Virus record (IMG/VR): IMGVR_UViG_3300050120_000230
Span: 124,001-188,000 of that record
Direction: 5' to 3' (one strand)
Length of the DNA: 64,000 bases
Numbering within the stretch: the first letter of the stretch is position 1; the number at the start of each line of letters is the position of its first letter. The notes beneath the pieces were generated by a model. That model was not told the origin of the DNA, searched no databases, and worked only from the letters and a program-made list of their open reading frames with translations. The position numbers and the translations under genes are program-made. Below are positions 54,641 to 64,000 of the stretch, in pieces.

Positions 54641-54670
54641 GTCCCAAATCTACCCTAAAAACGAGTTTGG

Positions 54671-54958
54671 TCAACGAAAATGGTCCCACTTCATGCGGAA
54701 TAGCATCTCGGCGCCGGGGTTCGGAAATTCCAACTCGACCTTTGTCGGCCGCGTCATCCAGCCGCCTTTGTTTCCCCAGCCGTTATGCGACCGTGCTTTC
54801 TTTTCATGATAGCTAATTTTGGTGCCAGCGATATTGTTCTGCATCCATTTTGCGAACTCGGGTTCGAAATACGGATGGTTGATGCACTGCCATGTAGAAG
54901 GTGCTTGGAAAAATCTCTCATCGTAGAAATCGGAAAGGAAAAGCGTCAATGGTGCCAT
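54671..54958 (-). CDS. Hypothetical protein, FxxxxDAxxFKLxW family
   Basis: FAKWMQNNI...FPNPGAEMLFRMKW. Confidence 0.7.
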   Translation of the reverse strand: MAPLTLFLSDFYDERFFQAPSTWQCINHPYFEPEFAKWMQNNIAGTKISYHEKKARSHNGWGNKGGWMTRPTKVELEFPNPGAEMLFRMKWDHFR

Positions 54959-55106
54959 AGGAAATGATCCACGATGGCGAACACTACGACGACAACGAGC
55001 AAGATCGTCGAAAGGATACTTGGGGCTCCATCTTCTCCGCGAGGGCCGCGCTCACCCTGCTCGCCACGAGGGCCTGTCGCCCCGGTTGCACCCGGCGGTC
55101 CCGATA

Positions 55107-55346
55107 TCATTTGACTCTCCGATTCGCGAAGTCACTGAACTCTTTCAAGCGACGTTCGACGGGTTCGGGATCACCGTTGGAGACCCTTATTAGGTCTTGA
55201 TAGATCGATGGCGACGCCACGGCGTCAAATTCTTCGAACCACCTACGCCGCTTCGCAGCCCACCAGTATGGGTTTTCGCTTCGAGTATAGCCGTAGCGTG
55301 CAGCCTCCCCACCGTCGCGCGGCGTCAGCGTGATGATGCTGGGCAT
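55107..55346 (-). CDS. Hypothetical protein
   Basis: Small ORF with NPY motif. Confidence 0.55.
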   Translation of the reverse strand: MPSIITLTPRDGGEAARYGYTRSENPYWWAAKRRRWFEEFDAVASPSIYQDLIRVSNGDPEPVERRLKEFSDFANRRVK

Positions 55347-55522
55347 TCGGGGATTTCTTTGATCGTATCGAGATCAGGATAGGGCTTCATCACATGCGGA
55401 TACATGTAATTGATCTGCTCGTGGATTGGCAGAGCAATGAGCTTGTCCCAGAGCCGTTCAGCTTTTTGCCCACCTTTGTTCAACGTTTTGATGCGGCGCT
55501 GAACGAGAGATTTCTTAGACAT
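55325..55522 (-). CDS. Hypothetical protein
   Basis: Small coupled ORF. Confidence 0.55.
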   Translation of the reverse strand: MSKKSLVQRRIKTLNKGGQKAERLWDKLIALPIHEQINYMYPHVMKPYPDLDTIKEIPECPASSR

Positions 55523-55841
55523 AGAGCACCACGATCCGGCCGACGCTGGCGAACTGGTTGTAGTTCAATTCATGTTTCTCGCAAACGACTTCTCGCACAC
55601 GTTTGCGTTTGGCCATGCCCTTCAACACCAGCCGGGCCATAGCGAGACGATCTTCATCCCGCTCTGGCACCATGGCGTAGACAGCGGCCTTCCGAGGGAT
55701 CACCCGAACGCGCCCGGCGTATGGGTTTTCTTCGCCATCCTTGTAGTAGTCAGGCACGTCCATGCGTGTGTGCTCGGCGTAGAGGGTCTCCACGCTCTCG
55801 ACGGTCACGCCTTCCAGACCTGTTTGAATGATCGCGGTCAT
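55515..55841 (-). CDS. Hypothetical protein
   Basis: Coupled ORF. Confidence 0.7.
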   Translation of the reverse strand: MTAIIQTGLEGVTVESVETLYAEHTRMDVPDYYKDGEENPYAGRVRVIPRKAAVYAMVPERDEDRLAMARLVLKGMAKRKRVREVVCEKHELNYNQFASVGRIVVLYV

Positions 55842-56194
55842 TTGCCAGCCAATAGGTCCATGAACCCTATGAAACTGGCAGCATCAGCCTTGGCCTCTGC
55901 TTCGGTTCTCAACGGGGGATAGGGAACCTCACCGTCAATCACCTTGAAGTCCGTGCCTTCGCGAACTCCCGTCTTCAGGGTGCGGAAGTTCCACGCACCG
56001 GTCGCCTTGCCCAGTGAGAGGGAGGTATCGTCATCGGGATACGGTTCTTGACGCACAAGGCATTGGTCGCCCTTGCGAATCTTCATGAGACTCCCACGCC
56101 GCCATTCAACCTCAACGTCGATCAGCGAGATGACGCGAAGGTTTTGCTGAAGGTGAACAACGATGCCGTTGCTCATCGTCGTCGATGTCCACAT
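55838..56194 (-). CDS. Hypothetical protein
   Basis: Coupled ORF. Confidence 0.7.
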   Translation of the reverse strand: MWTSTTMSNGIVVHLQQNLRVISLIDVEVEWRRGSLMKIRKGDQCLVRQEPYPDDDTSLSLGKATGAWNFRTLKTGVREGTDFKVIDGEVPYPPLRTEAEAKADAASFIGFMDLLAGK

Positions 56195-56202
56195 GTCGTC
56201 CT

Positions 56203-56574
56203 CTACGAACAGTTCGAGATGATGTGCAGTTTCACCGGCGATGTTATCTGAAACCGTTCGAGCAGGATAGAGGACACTTCGGCGATTTCTTGAGTCAACC
56301 GCTCAACATCGAAGGCTTCGAAGAACGTTGAACCGTCTGACCACTTGCCTTTGTCGCACGCGATTACCCGGCCGATATAGCGATAGTGGGCGCTGTCCAT
56401 GTCAGTGAACGTCACCAGATCGCCGGGCTTTGGCTCGTAGATCACCAGATCGCCGTAGCGGTCGGACCAGTCGTCATAGGCGTGTTGGCCATTTTGCCCA
56501 TCGGTCGGAAGTTTGCCCCACTGCGGACCAACGTCGGTTCCGATTAGAACATAGGTGTCAACGTTCGTGCCCAT
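56203..56574 (-). CDS. Hypothetical protein
   Basis: 123 aa. Confidence 0.75.
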   Translation of the reverse strand: MGTNVDTYVLIGTDVGPQWGKLPTDGQNGQHAYDDWSDRYGDLVIYEPKPGDLVTFTDMDSAHYRYIGRVIACDKGKWSDGSTFFEAFDVERLTQEIAEVSSILLERFQITSPVKLHIISNCS

Positions 56575-56577
56575 GTT

Positions 56578-57063
56578 CTAGCTCACGTAGTTGATGAGAT
56601 GCAGACCGAAATTGGTGTCTGCGATGCTGGGCGGGGGTTCGATTCCTTGCGCGACGAGATAAGCGAAAGCCGCTTTCTCCCATGTCGCGATTTCGGACTT
56701 CAGGTCCGTGGTCGGGATTGGATAAGAAGCGAAGCACTGGCGACCGTATCCGCCCGCCTCGCCGCCGTAACCGATGAAGATGCCATTGTTGCGGTGGGCA
56801 TCGCCACGATTCCAGTCATAGTAGACGGTCTCTGCGATGAACAACTTCTTGTTCGGGTTGGTTTTTTGGAAAGCTTCCACGAAACAATCGCGGGTGCCTT
56901 GCTCTTCGACGATTATTTCCACCTTCTTGCCACAGGCTGGACAGAAGGTGTTGTCCACCCGCTCGGGATGATCGCAGCTTGGCGTAGAGGTTGACGGCCA
57001 CTTAATGTCGTTCGTCCAGAGTAGGACACCGATACCGCCATAGGCGCGTGTTGTGATGCTCAT
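56578..57063 (-). CDS. Hypothetical protein with zinc ribbon
   Basis: CDH...FCPACG. Confidence 0.7.
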   Translation of the reverse strand: MSITTRAYGGIGVLLWTNDIKWPSTSTPSCDHPERVDNTFCPACGKKVEIIVEEQGTRDCFVEAFQKTNPNKKLFIAETVYYDWNRGDAHRNNGIFIGYGGEAGGYGRQCFASYPIPTTDLKSEIATWEKAAFAYLVAQGIEPPPSIADTNFGLHLINYVS

Positions 57064-57413
57064 TTTGCATCCCATTCTTTTTTGCACTCAGGGCACTCGC
57101 CCACGTCGAAGCGGGTTACGCCGTGAAAGCATCGCCAGAATTGACCGCTCGTGACCATGGTCCTGAACGGTGGTTCGTAGAAATTGCGTGGCCGCCCTTC
57201 GAACTCGATCTCGCGCATCACGATGGTGCTGCATCGATTGACTTCGGCCGCCAGTTTGTGCGGTGTTGCCATGAAGACGGGCATGTCGCCCTCGTCGTCC
57301 CAACCACAAAAATAATGACCGGTTTTGCCACCCATCGTGCAGTTGCAGCGTTCGAGATCATCGCCCTCTGGCATGATCCCCGTCGCGGAGAGGAACATCG
57401 TCGCGGTAATCAC
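57060..57413 (-). CDS. Hypothetical Cys/His-containing protein
   Basis: DDLERCNC..GK.GHYFCG. Confidence 0.7.
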   Translation of the reverse strand: MITATMFLSATGIMPEGDDLERCNCTMGGKTGHYFCGWDDEGDMPVFMATPHKLAAEVNRCSTIVMREIEFEGRPRNFYEPPFRTMVTSGQFWRCFHGVTRFDVGECPECKKEWDAK

Positions 57414-57874
57414 AGGGCTTCCAGCGCAGCCTTGGCTTCGGAGATAGCGAGGTGCATGTCTTCGATATCTTGGAAAGACATCTGAGCGGCGCCATTGAGA
57501 GCTACGTGCACGTTGATCCCGGCGGTCGAGTCCCGAGCGGCGTAACGGTCGATCTCGTCTTGCGTCATCGGATATCGAAAATCTGCGGGAGTTTTTCCTC
57601 CGTAGGTTTTCGATATGGCGAGGTAGTGCTTGTAGTTGTAGCCTTTGCCCAAATTGACGATGATCGTCATCTGAGCGCCCGCTGTGCTCTTTCGAATCTC
57701 GACTTGCGGAAACCCGAGTTTCACGCCGGTGAGTTTCGCCTTCCAGCGTTCCTCGTCATTCTTCGACATATTGGGAACGAAGCCACCCACGGGTCCACCA
57801 TCAAACCCGTGAGCGTCTTTCCATTCCTGAGTGGACTGCACCTTCTGCGGCTTGTCCCACATCAGGATGCCCAT
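57410..57874 (-). CDS. Hypothetical protein
   Basis: 154 aa, coupled. Confidence 0.75.
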   Translation of the reverse strand: MGILMWDKPQKVQSTQEWKDAHGFDGGPVGGFVPNMSKNDEERWKAKLTGVKLGFPQVEIRKSTAGAQMTIIVNLGKGYNYKHYLAISKTYGGKTPADFRYPMTQDEIDRYAARDSTAGINVHVALNGAAQMSFQDIEDMHLAISEAKAALEAL

Positions 57875-58719
57875 CAGTGTTTCCCCGTCGCGATGACGGC
57901 GGCAACCGGTTGTTCGGAATCCACCACCGTGACGTTGGCCGTGCCGTTCTCGGCCGCCTTGGCGACCGCTTGGGCGCGCATGACCTTGGTGTAGTCGGTG
58001 ACCGACCGATCCGAAGGAGCCTTCGTGCGAGCCGCATCCGCCTGCGCTTGCAGGGATGCGGTGACCAACTTCTCATTGGCATCCGCGATCTTTTCGGTGG
58101 GATACATGCCGCGCAATTGGACGAGACCGTAGCGAACGATTTTGTCCGACTGATCGCCAAAACCCTGAGCCTGATAGTAGGCAATGGTCTTCGCTTGAAT
58201 GCGGTTCGTGATGGCTTTTTCGACCGCGTCACGATCTCGGATCGAACCGTCCTTGAAGCCAAACCCAGCCATAGCGTCACGCACGGCAGAACGGACGATG
58301 GTGATCTCGCGGTCGGTGTAAGGTCCCGGCAGCCGAGACTTCACGTTCGTCAAATTACGCGGGTCGATGGCCCAACTGACGCTCACCGGCACTTCGATGC
58401 TGACGCCGTCGTTGGTGACAGACGTGATCGAAGTGTAGTCGGGATCGGCATTGGCGCCATCGGTCATGAAGTTCAGATCGCTGAACTCCATGGTGACTTT
58501 GTCGGCATGAGACAGCGGGACCACGTAGTGGAGGCCGGGACCAATAATGTTCGGCTGAACGACACCGAATCGAGTGGTGAACGCCACCTCATGGCTCTTC
58601 ACCGTCACCCACTGACCGGGGCCAATCAGAGTAAGGAACGAAACGATGGCGATGATCCAGATTGCGATCACGCCAGCCTTACGCATCGCCTTGTAGGAGA
58701 TGACAAATTCTTGGTCCAC
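57874..58719 (-). CDS. SPFH / band 7 (prohibitin-like) membrane protein
   Basis: N-terminal TM helix, TRFG.V....GPGLH...P, T.DG..I.V.VSV.W, RSAVRD. Confidence 0.85.
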   Translation of the reverse strand: MDQEFVISYKAMRKAGVIAIWIIAIVSFLTLIGPGQWVTVKSHEVAFTTRFGVVQPNIIGPGLHYVVPLSHADKVTMEFSDLNFMTDGANADPDYTSITSVTNDGVSIEVPVSVSWAIDPRNLTNVKSRLPGPYTDREITIVRSAVRDAMAGFGFKDGSIRDRDAVEKAITNRIQAKTIAYYQAQGFGDQSDKIVRYGLVQLRGMYPTEKIADANEKLVTASLQAQADAARTKAPSDRSVTDYTKVMRAQAVAKAAENGTANVTVVDSEQPVAAVIATGKH

Positions 58720-58769
58720 GGGTAGCCCCCAAAAGAGTGCCCTCGCCGAAGCGAGGGCTGACCGGTGCC

Positions 58770-59486
58770 TTACTTACGGACGCCGACGAATTGCAGCAGG
58801 AATTGGAACAGGTTGATGAAATCGAGGTAGAGGTTGAACGCTGACAGGTTGGCTCGAACGACCATATCGCCGCCATTCGCGTAATCGCTCTTCAGGCGTT
58901 GCGTATCGTAGGCGATGAAGCCTGAGAAAATCAGCACGCCGATGGCCGAGACGATGAAGTGCATACCGGGGATGAAGATCGAAGCGATCATCGCGACGAT
59001 CAGCCCGAAGAGAGCCGCGAACAGGAATCCACCAATGGGTCCAAGATCGCGCTTCGTTGTGTAGCCCCACAGGCTCAACGCACCGAACATCGCCGACGTT
59101 ATGACGAACGTCGAAGCCAGCGACATACCGGTGTAGATTTGGAACAACACGCCGCTGCTGATGCCGAACATCACGGAAGACGCGTAGAACAGGAAGGCGC
59201 TTCCCCCGCGTGTGGCCGTGTTCTTCAGCAGCCATCCCATGACGAGGATCAGCACGATGGGGCCGAAGCAGACGGCCATCCCGAGGATCGTGTAATCGAT
59301 CTTGCCGTTAGGCAGCGTGTGGAAAAAGGCGTTGCCGAATGCGGTGTTGCCGGTCAACCACGCAAGGGCGGCCGTAATCAGCAATCCCACCGCAAGGCGA
59401 TTGTAGACGCTGATGAGAAAGGCGCGAAGCCCGATGTCGTAGTCGGCGTCAGTGCGAACGCCGGAAACAGTTTGATCCAAGTCCAT
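58770..59486 (-). CDS. Bax inhibitor-1 / YccA family membrane protein
   Basis: GLRAFL..VY, GYTTKRDL, IF.GFIAYDTQRLK, LYLDFINLF. Confidence 0.93.
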   Translation of the reverse strand: MDLDQTVSGVRTDADYDIGLRAFLISVYNRLAVGLLITAALAWLTGNTAFGNAFFHTLPNGKIDYTILGMAVCFGPIVLILVMGWLLKNTATRGGSAFLFYASSVMFGISSGVLFQIYTGMSLASTFVITSAMFGALSLWGYTTKRDLGPIGGFLFAALFGLIVAMIASIFIPGMHFIVSAIGVLIFSGFIAYDTQRLKSDYANGGDMVVRANLSAFNLYLDFINLFQFLLQFVGVRK

Positions 59487-59495
59487 AGATTCCTC

Positions 59496-59684
59496 CTAGT
59501 TCCACCAGCCGAACCACAAACCCCAACCATCAATCGAGCCAAGCGGCGCGAGGAAGGCGAGGACGAACAGACGAATCCATTCGTGGTGCTGGAAGCAGTA
59601 TACTAAGTGGTGAACATAGCCCACGAGTGCGAGAATCCAAATAACAATCCACGCGATGCCCATTCCGGCAATGATACGCATCAT
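59496..59684 (-). CDS. Small membrane protein
   Basis: Hydrophobic, 62 aa. Confidence 0.6.
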   Translation of the reverse strand: MMRIIAGMGIAWIVIWILALVGYVHHLVYCFQHHEWIRLFVLAFLAPLGSIDGWGLWFGWWN

Positions 59685-59905
59685 GGTTTTTTCCTCAGCG
59701 GATTTTTTGAGTTCAGGAGACTGAACGGGTTCAGCATGTTGCGTTCGCTCACCAGCTTTCCCTTTCCAGCAAAATTTCAAGTTTGGTCGCCGCGCCTCTC
59801 AACCGCACGAGCGTCGTCCGTCCTTCGATGCGTTCGCGCACCTCTTGGAGGATCGCTTCTAGTTCGGCCGCAAGATCGTCGCGGTGCAGGACTTTGTCGT
59901 CGGCT

Positions 59906-60205
59906 TCAGTCATCGGCTCCGTATTTCCCGAACTCGGAGGCGGTCACGGTAAACGGTTCGCAGGCGGCCTCGATTTCCGCGATGAATGCCTCGGCGTGCT
60001 TCGAATCGACCATCATGATCCGATGGAGCATGGTGCCCGAGCATTTCGGGAAATCGATCATCAGTGGGCCGGATTGAACCGAGCGCGTGGCAATCCCATC
60101 GTTGATGGCTTTCATCTCGATGTCGAAAATCGCTTCTCGTGCTGCGGATGGAAAAGCGAAATCCAGATAGCGATAGTCCCAGTTCTCGCGGAAGCGAATG
60201 CTCAC
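59906..60205 (-). CDS. Hypothetical protein
   Basis: Coupled ORF. Confidence 0.65.
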   Translation of the reverse strand: MSIRFRENWDYRYLDFAFPSAAREAIFDIEMKAINDGIATRSVQSGPLMIDFPKCSGTMLHRIMMVDSKHAEAFIAEIEAACEPFTVTASEFGKYGADD

Positions 60206-60423
60206 AGACGGCCCTCGCGACGATCAATGCTGCGTTGTTCTTCGACGGTCACGCAAACGAACTCCCGCTTGCTTGCATAGCCACACGAGCGAGACATGCA
60301 GAACCACACGTCCTTTTGTTTCTCGACATCAATCGAGCCGCATTCCGGGCAGGAATACCGGGCGGTCAGCTTACCATCGGTATAGACCTTGCCGTAGATG
60401 AGTGTGACTTCGGGCGCTTCCAT
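60202..60423 (-). CDS. Small zinc-ribbon protein
   Basis: CPECGS...WFCMSRSCGY. Confidence 0.65.
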   Translation of the reverse strand: MEAPEVTLIYGKVYTDGKLTARYSCPECGSIDVEKQKDVWFCMSRSCGYASKREFVCVTVEEQRSIDRREGRL

Positions 60424-60749
60424 CAGCAGTCACCGAGGTTGTCATCGGCGGTGAGCCACCCCTGCCGCCACCAACCCCGTTCGCCATCGCGATGATAGGG
60501 GTTGCGATCAAGGGCCACCGTCCCGGTCACTCGGGCTGCGAAGCCCTCGTCGCGGATACGTTGGACGATGCCGGGCTCGTTGCGAATGATGTTGGCGACG
60601 TAGCCGAGCAGCGGATCATGCGGCATCGGTTCGGCGCCACGTTCCACCAGTTGGGCACTCATGCGACCTTCGGGATCGCCGCCCTCATTGCGCTTCATGA
60701 CACGAAGACCTTCACGCGCCGTAGCGATGTCGTTTTCGACCCAACTCAT
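60423..60749 (-). CDS. Hypothetical protein
   Basis: NPY...WWRQGW motif. Confidence 0.7.
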   Translation of the reverse strand: MSWVENDIATAREGLRVMKRNEGGDPEGRMSAQLVERGAEPMPHDPLLGYVANIIRNEPGIVQRIRDEGFAARVTGTVALDRNPYHRDGERGWWRQGWLTADDNLGDC

Positions 60750-61108
60750 GCCGCCACCTTCGGGATGACCTTGGAGACGTAGACCAAGTGGTCAACGAAG
60801 AACGCTTTCTCGACGGCGCCGCCGGGGACGCGGTTGAGAATGTCCCGGCCTTCGGCTTCGGTCGTTGCGGCTTTCACCAGCGGCCAGAAATGGGCGGCGA
60901 TCTCGGCCGCTGCGATGGTCTCTTCCTCACGGGCAGCGACATAGCGCGCCACGATCTTGGCTTCGGTATCCTTGGGCGGCGTGGCGGCGCGAAGCGTCGC
61001 AGTGGCCCTCACCAGATCATTGATCTCGGACTCTCCGGCCAGCCCGGCGCGGATCATCGCGACGACGTGTTCGAGGTTCGTGACCGCGTTTTCCATGGAT
61101 GAAGTCAT
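60746..61108 (-). CDS. Hypothetical protein
   Basis: GGAGG RBS, early promoter. Confidence 0.7.
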   Translation of the reverse strand: MTSSMENAVTNLEHVVAMIRAGLAGESEINDLVRATATLRAATPPKDTEAKIVARYVAAREEETIAAAEIAAHFWPLVKAATTEAEGRDILNRVPGGAVEKAFFVDHLVYVSKVIPKVAA

Positions 61109-61231
61109 GTTGGTCCCTCCCTCAAGTGGCGGCCAGATTCGCAGGTTTTTGCGTTTCGTCAACGAAATTCTAAGCGCGGGACGGCAGAGCCGCCCACACG
61201 ATCCCCGTGATGGTGAGAACGATTATCAACA

Positions 61232-61696
61232 TCAATAGCCCTCCAACATGCCCGAGAACTTCAGGGCTTGGCCCATGGCGGAAACGCCGTAGACATCTTC
61301 GTATTCGCGAATGCGCGCGTCGAGATCGTCTTCCTCGGCGGCCCACTTGGAGATGTCGGGGTCAAACCGGTCGCCGTCCACTTCATCTTCCTCGTCGTCG
61401 AGGAAGTCTTCCAGCGGCGGCACGTTGTCCATGAACGCCTTCATCGTGGCGTAGGAATATTCGCGCGGGCGGACGTTGTAGCGATCCTTGTAGAGATCGC
61501 TGTAGCTGTCGGCCATCCACGGATCGACCAGATGGCCGGGGGCCTCGGCGCCGTAGGCGGCCAGTAGGGCGGGTTGAAGAACGGTCTTGTATTCGGCGGT
61601 GCGAGCAGTTTGCTCAGCATCCGAGCACCGAAAAAAGCCTTCGGTCAGTTCGGAGATGCGGTCCACAACGATGGAAAGTTCGTTCATCTTGCCCAT
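61232..61696 (-). CDS. Hypothetical acidic protein
   Basis: AGGAGA RBS before MGKMNE. Confidence 0.75.
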   Translation of the reverse strand: MGKMNELSIVVDRISELTEGFFRCSDAEQTARTAEYKTVLQPALLAAYGAEAPGHLVDPWMADSYSDLYKDRYNVRPREYSYATMKAFMDNVPPLEDFLDDEEDEVDGDRFDPDISKWAAEEDDLDARIREYEDVYGVSAMGQALKFSGMLEGY

Positions 61697-61812
61697 GAAA
61701 GTATCTCCTGTGCCGTTGGCGTTTCGCCATTGATTAGAGTTTCGCACGGATATGAATCTGGTCAACCAAAATAAATTGACTTGGAGACCTCTCCTAACGC
61801 CTTCTGACACTC

Positions 61813-62499
61813 ATGTTCGTCGAAGACATCATCAACGATCTGGCTCACCGGATTGCCGCAGCAGATAAGGACCCCGTTGGGGCCGCTCTGCGCGAGGACC
61901 CGTGGACGCAAAAGTTCGTGGAAAGCCTGCAAGGCTCGGTGAAGTCTGGACGTGCTCTTTCGACAGAGCAAGGCCGAGTTTTCTTGAACGTGTTGCGGCG
62001 CCTGAAGCGCCAGTGCGGTGGCCCGGTAAGCGGCATGTCTGCCGAACTGCTCGATCAGTTTCTATTGGCGCCTCGCTTTCGAAACCCACCGTATCAATCC
62101 ACGCCGGTGAAGAAAGAGGTTCGCTACCTCGGGGACAATAAGCTGGGATTTCGTTGCAAACGATCCGATGAGATCATGCACGACATCAAAGCCATGTCTA
62201 ATCGTGGCCGCGATAGCACTTGGAAAGAACAACACCGCCCATACTTCAATCGGCAGCACAAGTTGTGGGTGATCTCCATCACCGCTGACACCTACCAAAG
62301 CGTGGTCAAACTGATCGGCAGTCATGGCTTCGACGCTGACGACGCGGTGATCGAATATCTCGCATTGGCAGACAGCAGTCGAGGCCAAGCCAGCACCTTT
62401 GTTCTCGATGATACGACGGGCTCCATTGTCGTCAACATCTGTGACAATCCTGTGCTCGAAAGCTGGGTCAAGCGCGTGATCTTTGGGGAAATCCTGTGA
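61813..62499 (+). CDS. Conserved hypothetical protein upstream of the helicase
   Basis: 228 aa; LSTEQG and V.YLGDN motifs. Confidence 0.8.
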   Translation: MFVEDIINDLAHRIAAADKDPVGAALREDPWTQKFVESLQGSVKSGRALSTEQGRVFLNVLRRLKRQCGGPVSGMSAELLDQFLLAPRFRNPPYQSTPVKKEVRYLGDNKLGFRCKRSDEIMHDIKAMSNRGRDSTWKEQHRPYFNRQHKLWVISITADTYQSVVKLIGSHGFDADDAVIEYLALADSSRGQASTFVLDDTTGSIVVNICDNPVLESWVKRVIFGEIL

Positions 62500-63284
62500 A
62501 CCAAGATTTTCTCATCTCTGGTTCACCGGGCATGGCACGCCGTCTTGTGCAATTGGCTTCCGTTTGCACAATCAATCTCGATCCTGCGGTCGTCGCTCTG
62601 GCTGGCACTGGCTTCCTGACTGACGAAGATTTCGCGCCATATCCGAAGCTTTCGCTGACCGAACGCTCAGCCGTTCAGCGCATCATCGACTTCGAATTCC
62701 GTTGTGTGTTCCCGGCCCAAGGAACAGTCGGTGGCATGGTGCTATTGGCGGCAGCGAAACTCGCCAAGATCGAACCGATCTTCGTGCTCACGCGCCGTGA
62801 ACGCTACTGGCAATCCTTCGCCGAAGAGATGAAAATCCCGCCCGAGAATCTCGTGATGATGACGCGCATTGATCGTCGCAAAGGGCCGGACCCCGACCTG
62901 ATCCGTGACCGTCGCCATGGTCTATTGATCGTGGACGAGATGATGGACTCACTGGAATCCTCGATCCTCGCCATGGATTTCCAGAAGACGGTTATTCTCT
63001 CCAATCGACGACTCATCACCGATCTCACACAGGCGATCACCGTGCTCTCGCCGGACTCACCGACCGACCTTCTCACCAACATCAATCCGTATTTCAAGAA
63101 AGACTTGGCGGCGGCTGGCTTCAAGACGACACGCCGCGAAGATTTGGCGTTCATGCTGGGTGTCGTCACCGATCTCATGGTGTTCACCTCCGAGCCTGAT
63201 CCCGAAGACATCGAGATCGACCCCGAACTGTTTGCCCGGTTGGAGCGCAATGTGGCGCTCGGCCACCTCCGTTTGGACGGCTGA
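62496..63284 (+). CDS. Hypothetical protein
   Basis: 262 aa, GTGA overlap. Confidence 0.75.
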   Translation: MNQDFLISGSPGMARRLVQLASVCTINLDPAVVALAGTGFLTDEDFAPYPKLSLTERSAVQRIIDFEFRCVFPAQGTVGGMVLLAAAKLAKIEPIFVLTRRERYWQSFAEEMKIPPENLVMMTRIDRRKGPDPDLIRDRRHGLLIVDEMMDSLESSILAMDFQKTVILSNRRLITDLTQAITVLSPDSPTDLLTNINPYFKKDLAAAGFKTTRREDLAFMLGVVTDLMVFTSEPDPEDIEIDPELFARLERNVALGHLRLDG

Positions 63285-63424
63285 TCTTCATAAATAAGTA
63301 TATGTAAAAGCTCGATATTTTCGAGCAAAGGTCTAGCTAGTATTTCTGACTAGACAGAAGATATTGCATTTCAAGTTCCTCAGCAATTACGCTGAGGCTA
63401 TTCATTTTTACTGGTATATTTTAA

Positions 63425-64000
63425 GTGAAAACTGCTGTTCTCAAGATCAGCGACCAAGTCAACTGCAAGCTAGAGGGCCTAGAGCCTGAAGTTCGCCGCA
63501 AGATTTCGGACGCCTGCAAATATTTCGTGCCCTACGCTCGCCATATGCCCGCTTTCAAGCTCGGGCGGTGGGACGGGAAGATTGCGTTCGCGTCCATCGG
63601 CGGCAGCACGTTCATCAATATGCTTGATCGCATCCTGCCGTTGGTGATCGAAGCGGGTTACGACATTCAGGTTGATGATCGTCGTCCGAGCTACAGTTTT
63701 GAGTTCCCTGAGATCACGGAAGACATGCTGGCCGAAAAGGTCTGGCCGGAAGGTCACCCTATTGCTGGGCAGTCGATCATGCTGCGCGACTATCAGGTGC
63801 AGGCGATCAAGACCTATCTCGACAACCTGCAATCCATTCAGTCGATCTCTACCGGCGCCGGTAAGACGCTGCTGACGGCCACGCTGTCGTCGCTGATTGA
63901 GCCCTACGGCCGCTCCATTGTCATTGTGCCGAACAAGAGCCTCGTCGAGCAAACCGAGGAAGATTACCTGAACCTTGGCCTCGACGTGGGCGTGTTCTAC
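63425..64000 (+). CDS. uvsW: UvsW-like SF2 DNA helicase (3' partial)
   Basis: GTG start; P.FKLGRWDG, LRDYQ and Walker A STGAGKT; runs off the window. Confidence 0.9.
   Translation, partial: MKTAVLKISDQVNCKLEGLEPEVRRKISDACKYFVPYARHMPAFKLGRWDGKIAFASIGGSTFINMLDRILPLVIEAGYDIQVDDRRPSYSFEFPEITEDMLAEKVWPEGHPIAGQSIMLRDYQVQAIKTYLDNLQSIQSISTGAGKTLLTATLSSLIEPYGRSIVIVPNKSLVEQTEEDYLNLGLDVGVFY

Overview
This 64-kb window is from a large T4-like (jumbo-type) tailed phage genome; an alphaproteobacterial host is inferred from a DUF4170 gene, TCTTTGACA-type boxA motifs and the GC-rich coding sequence. It uses the standard genetic code. Core genes: tail-tube/baseplate-like gene (5' partial), gp4-like head completion nuclease, large terminase, gp32 SSB, UvsX, UvsY and UvsW (3' partial). 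It also carries collagen-like and fibre-like virion proteins, Dps, two HNH-type endonucleases and dozens of small accessory ORFs. The centre holds two divergent tRNA operons, 32 tRNA genes read by eye: a minus-strand Arg/Leu/Lys/Ile(UAU)/Trp set and a plus-strand Ile/Val/Gln/Met/Pro/Asn/Ala/Thr/Phe set. The strongest finding is that each operon is headed by a promoter, a short leader peptide ORF missed by the ORF track, and mutually exclusive antiterminator/terminator hairpins. Each leader is written largely in the codons read by the tRNAs of its own operon. This looks like ribosome-stalling attenuation that switches on phage tRNA supply when those charged tRNAs run low. Other notable items: rrn-like boxA sites, two 600-700 nt structured ncRNA candidates separated by three degenerate tRNA-like units, long-variable-arm tRNA-Lys genes, a PheS-related ligase bracketed by two different tRNA-Phe genes, tRNAs with paired leader and trailer, a tandem 104-nt structured repeat and a 14-member paralog family. 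All structures, tRNA calls and family assignments were made by eye, without database searches or folding software.
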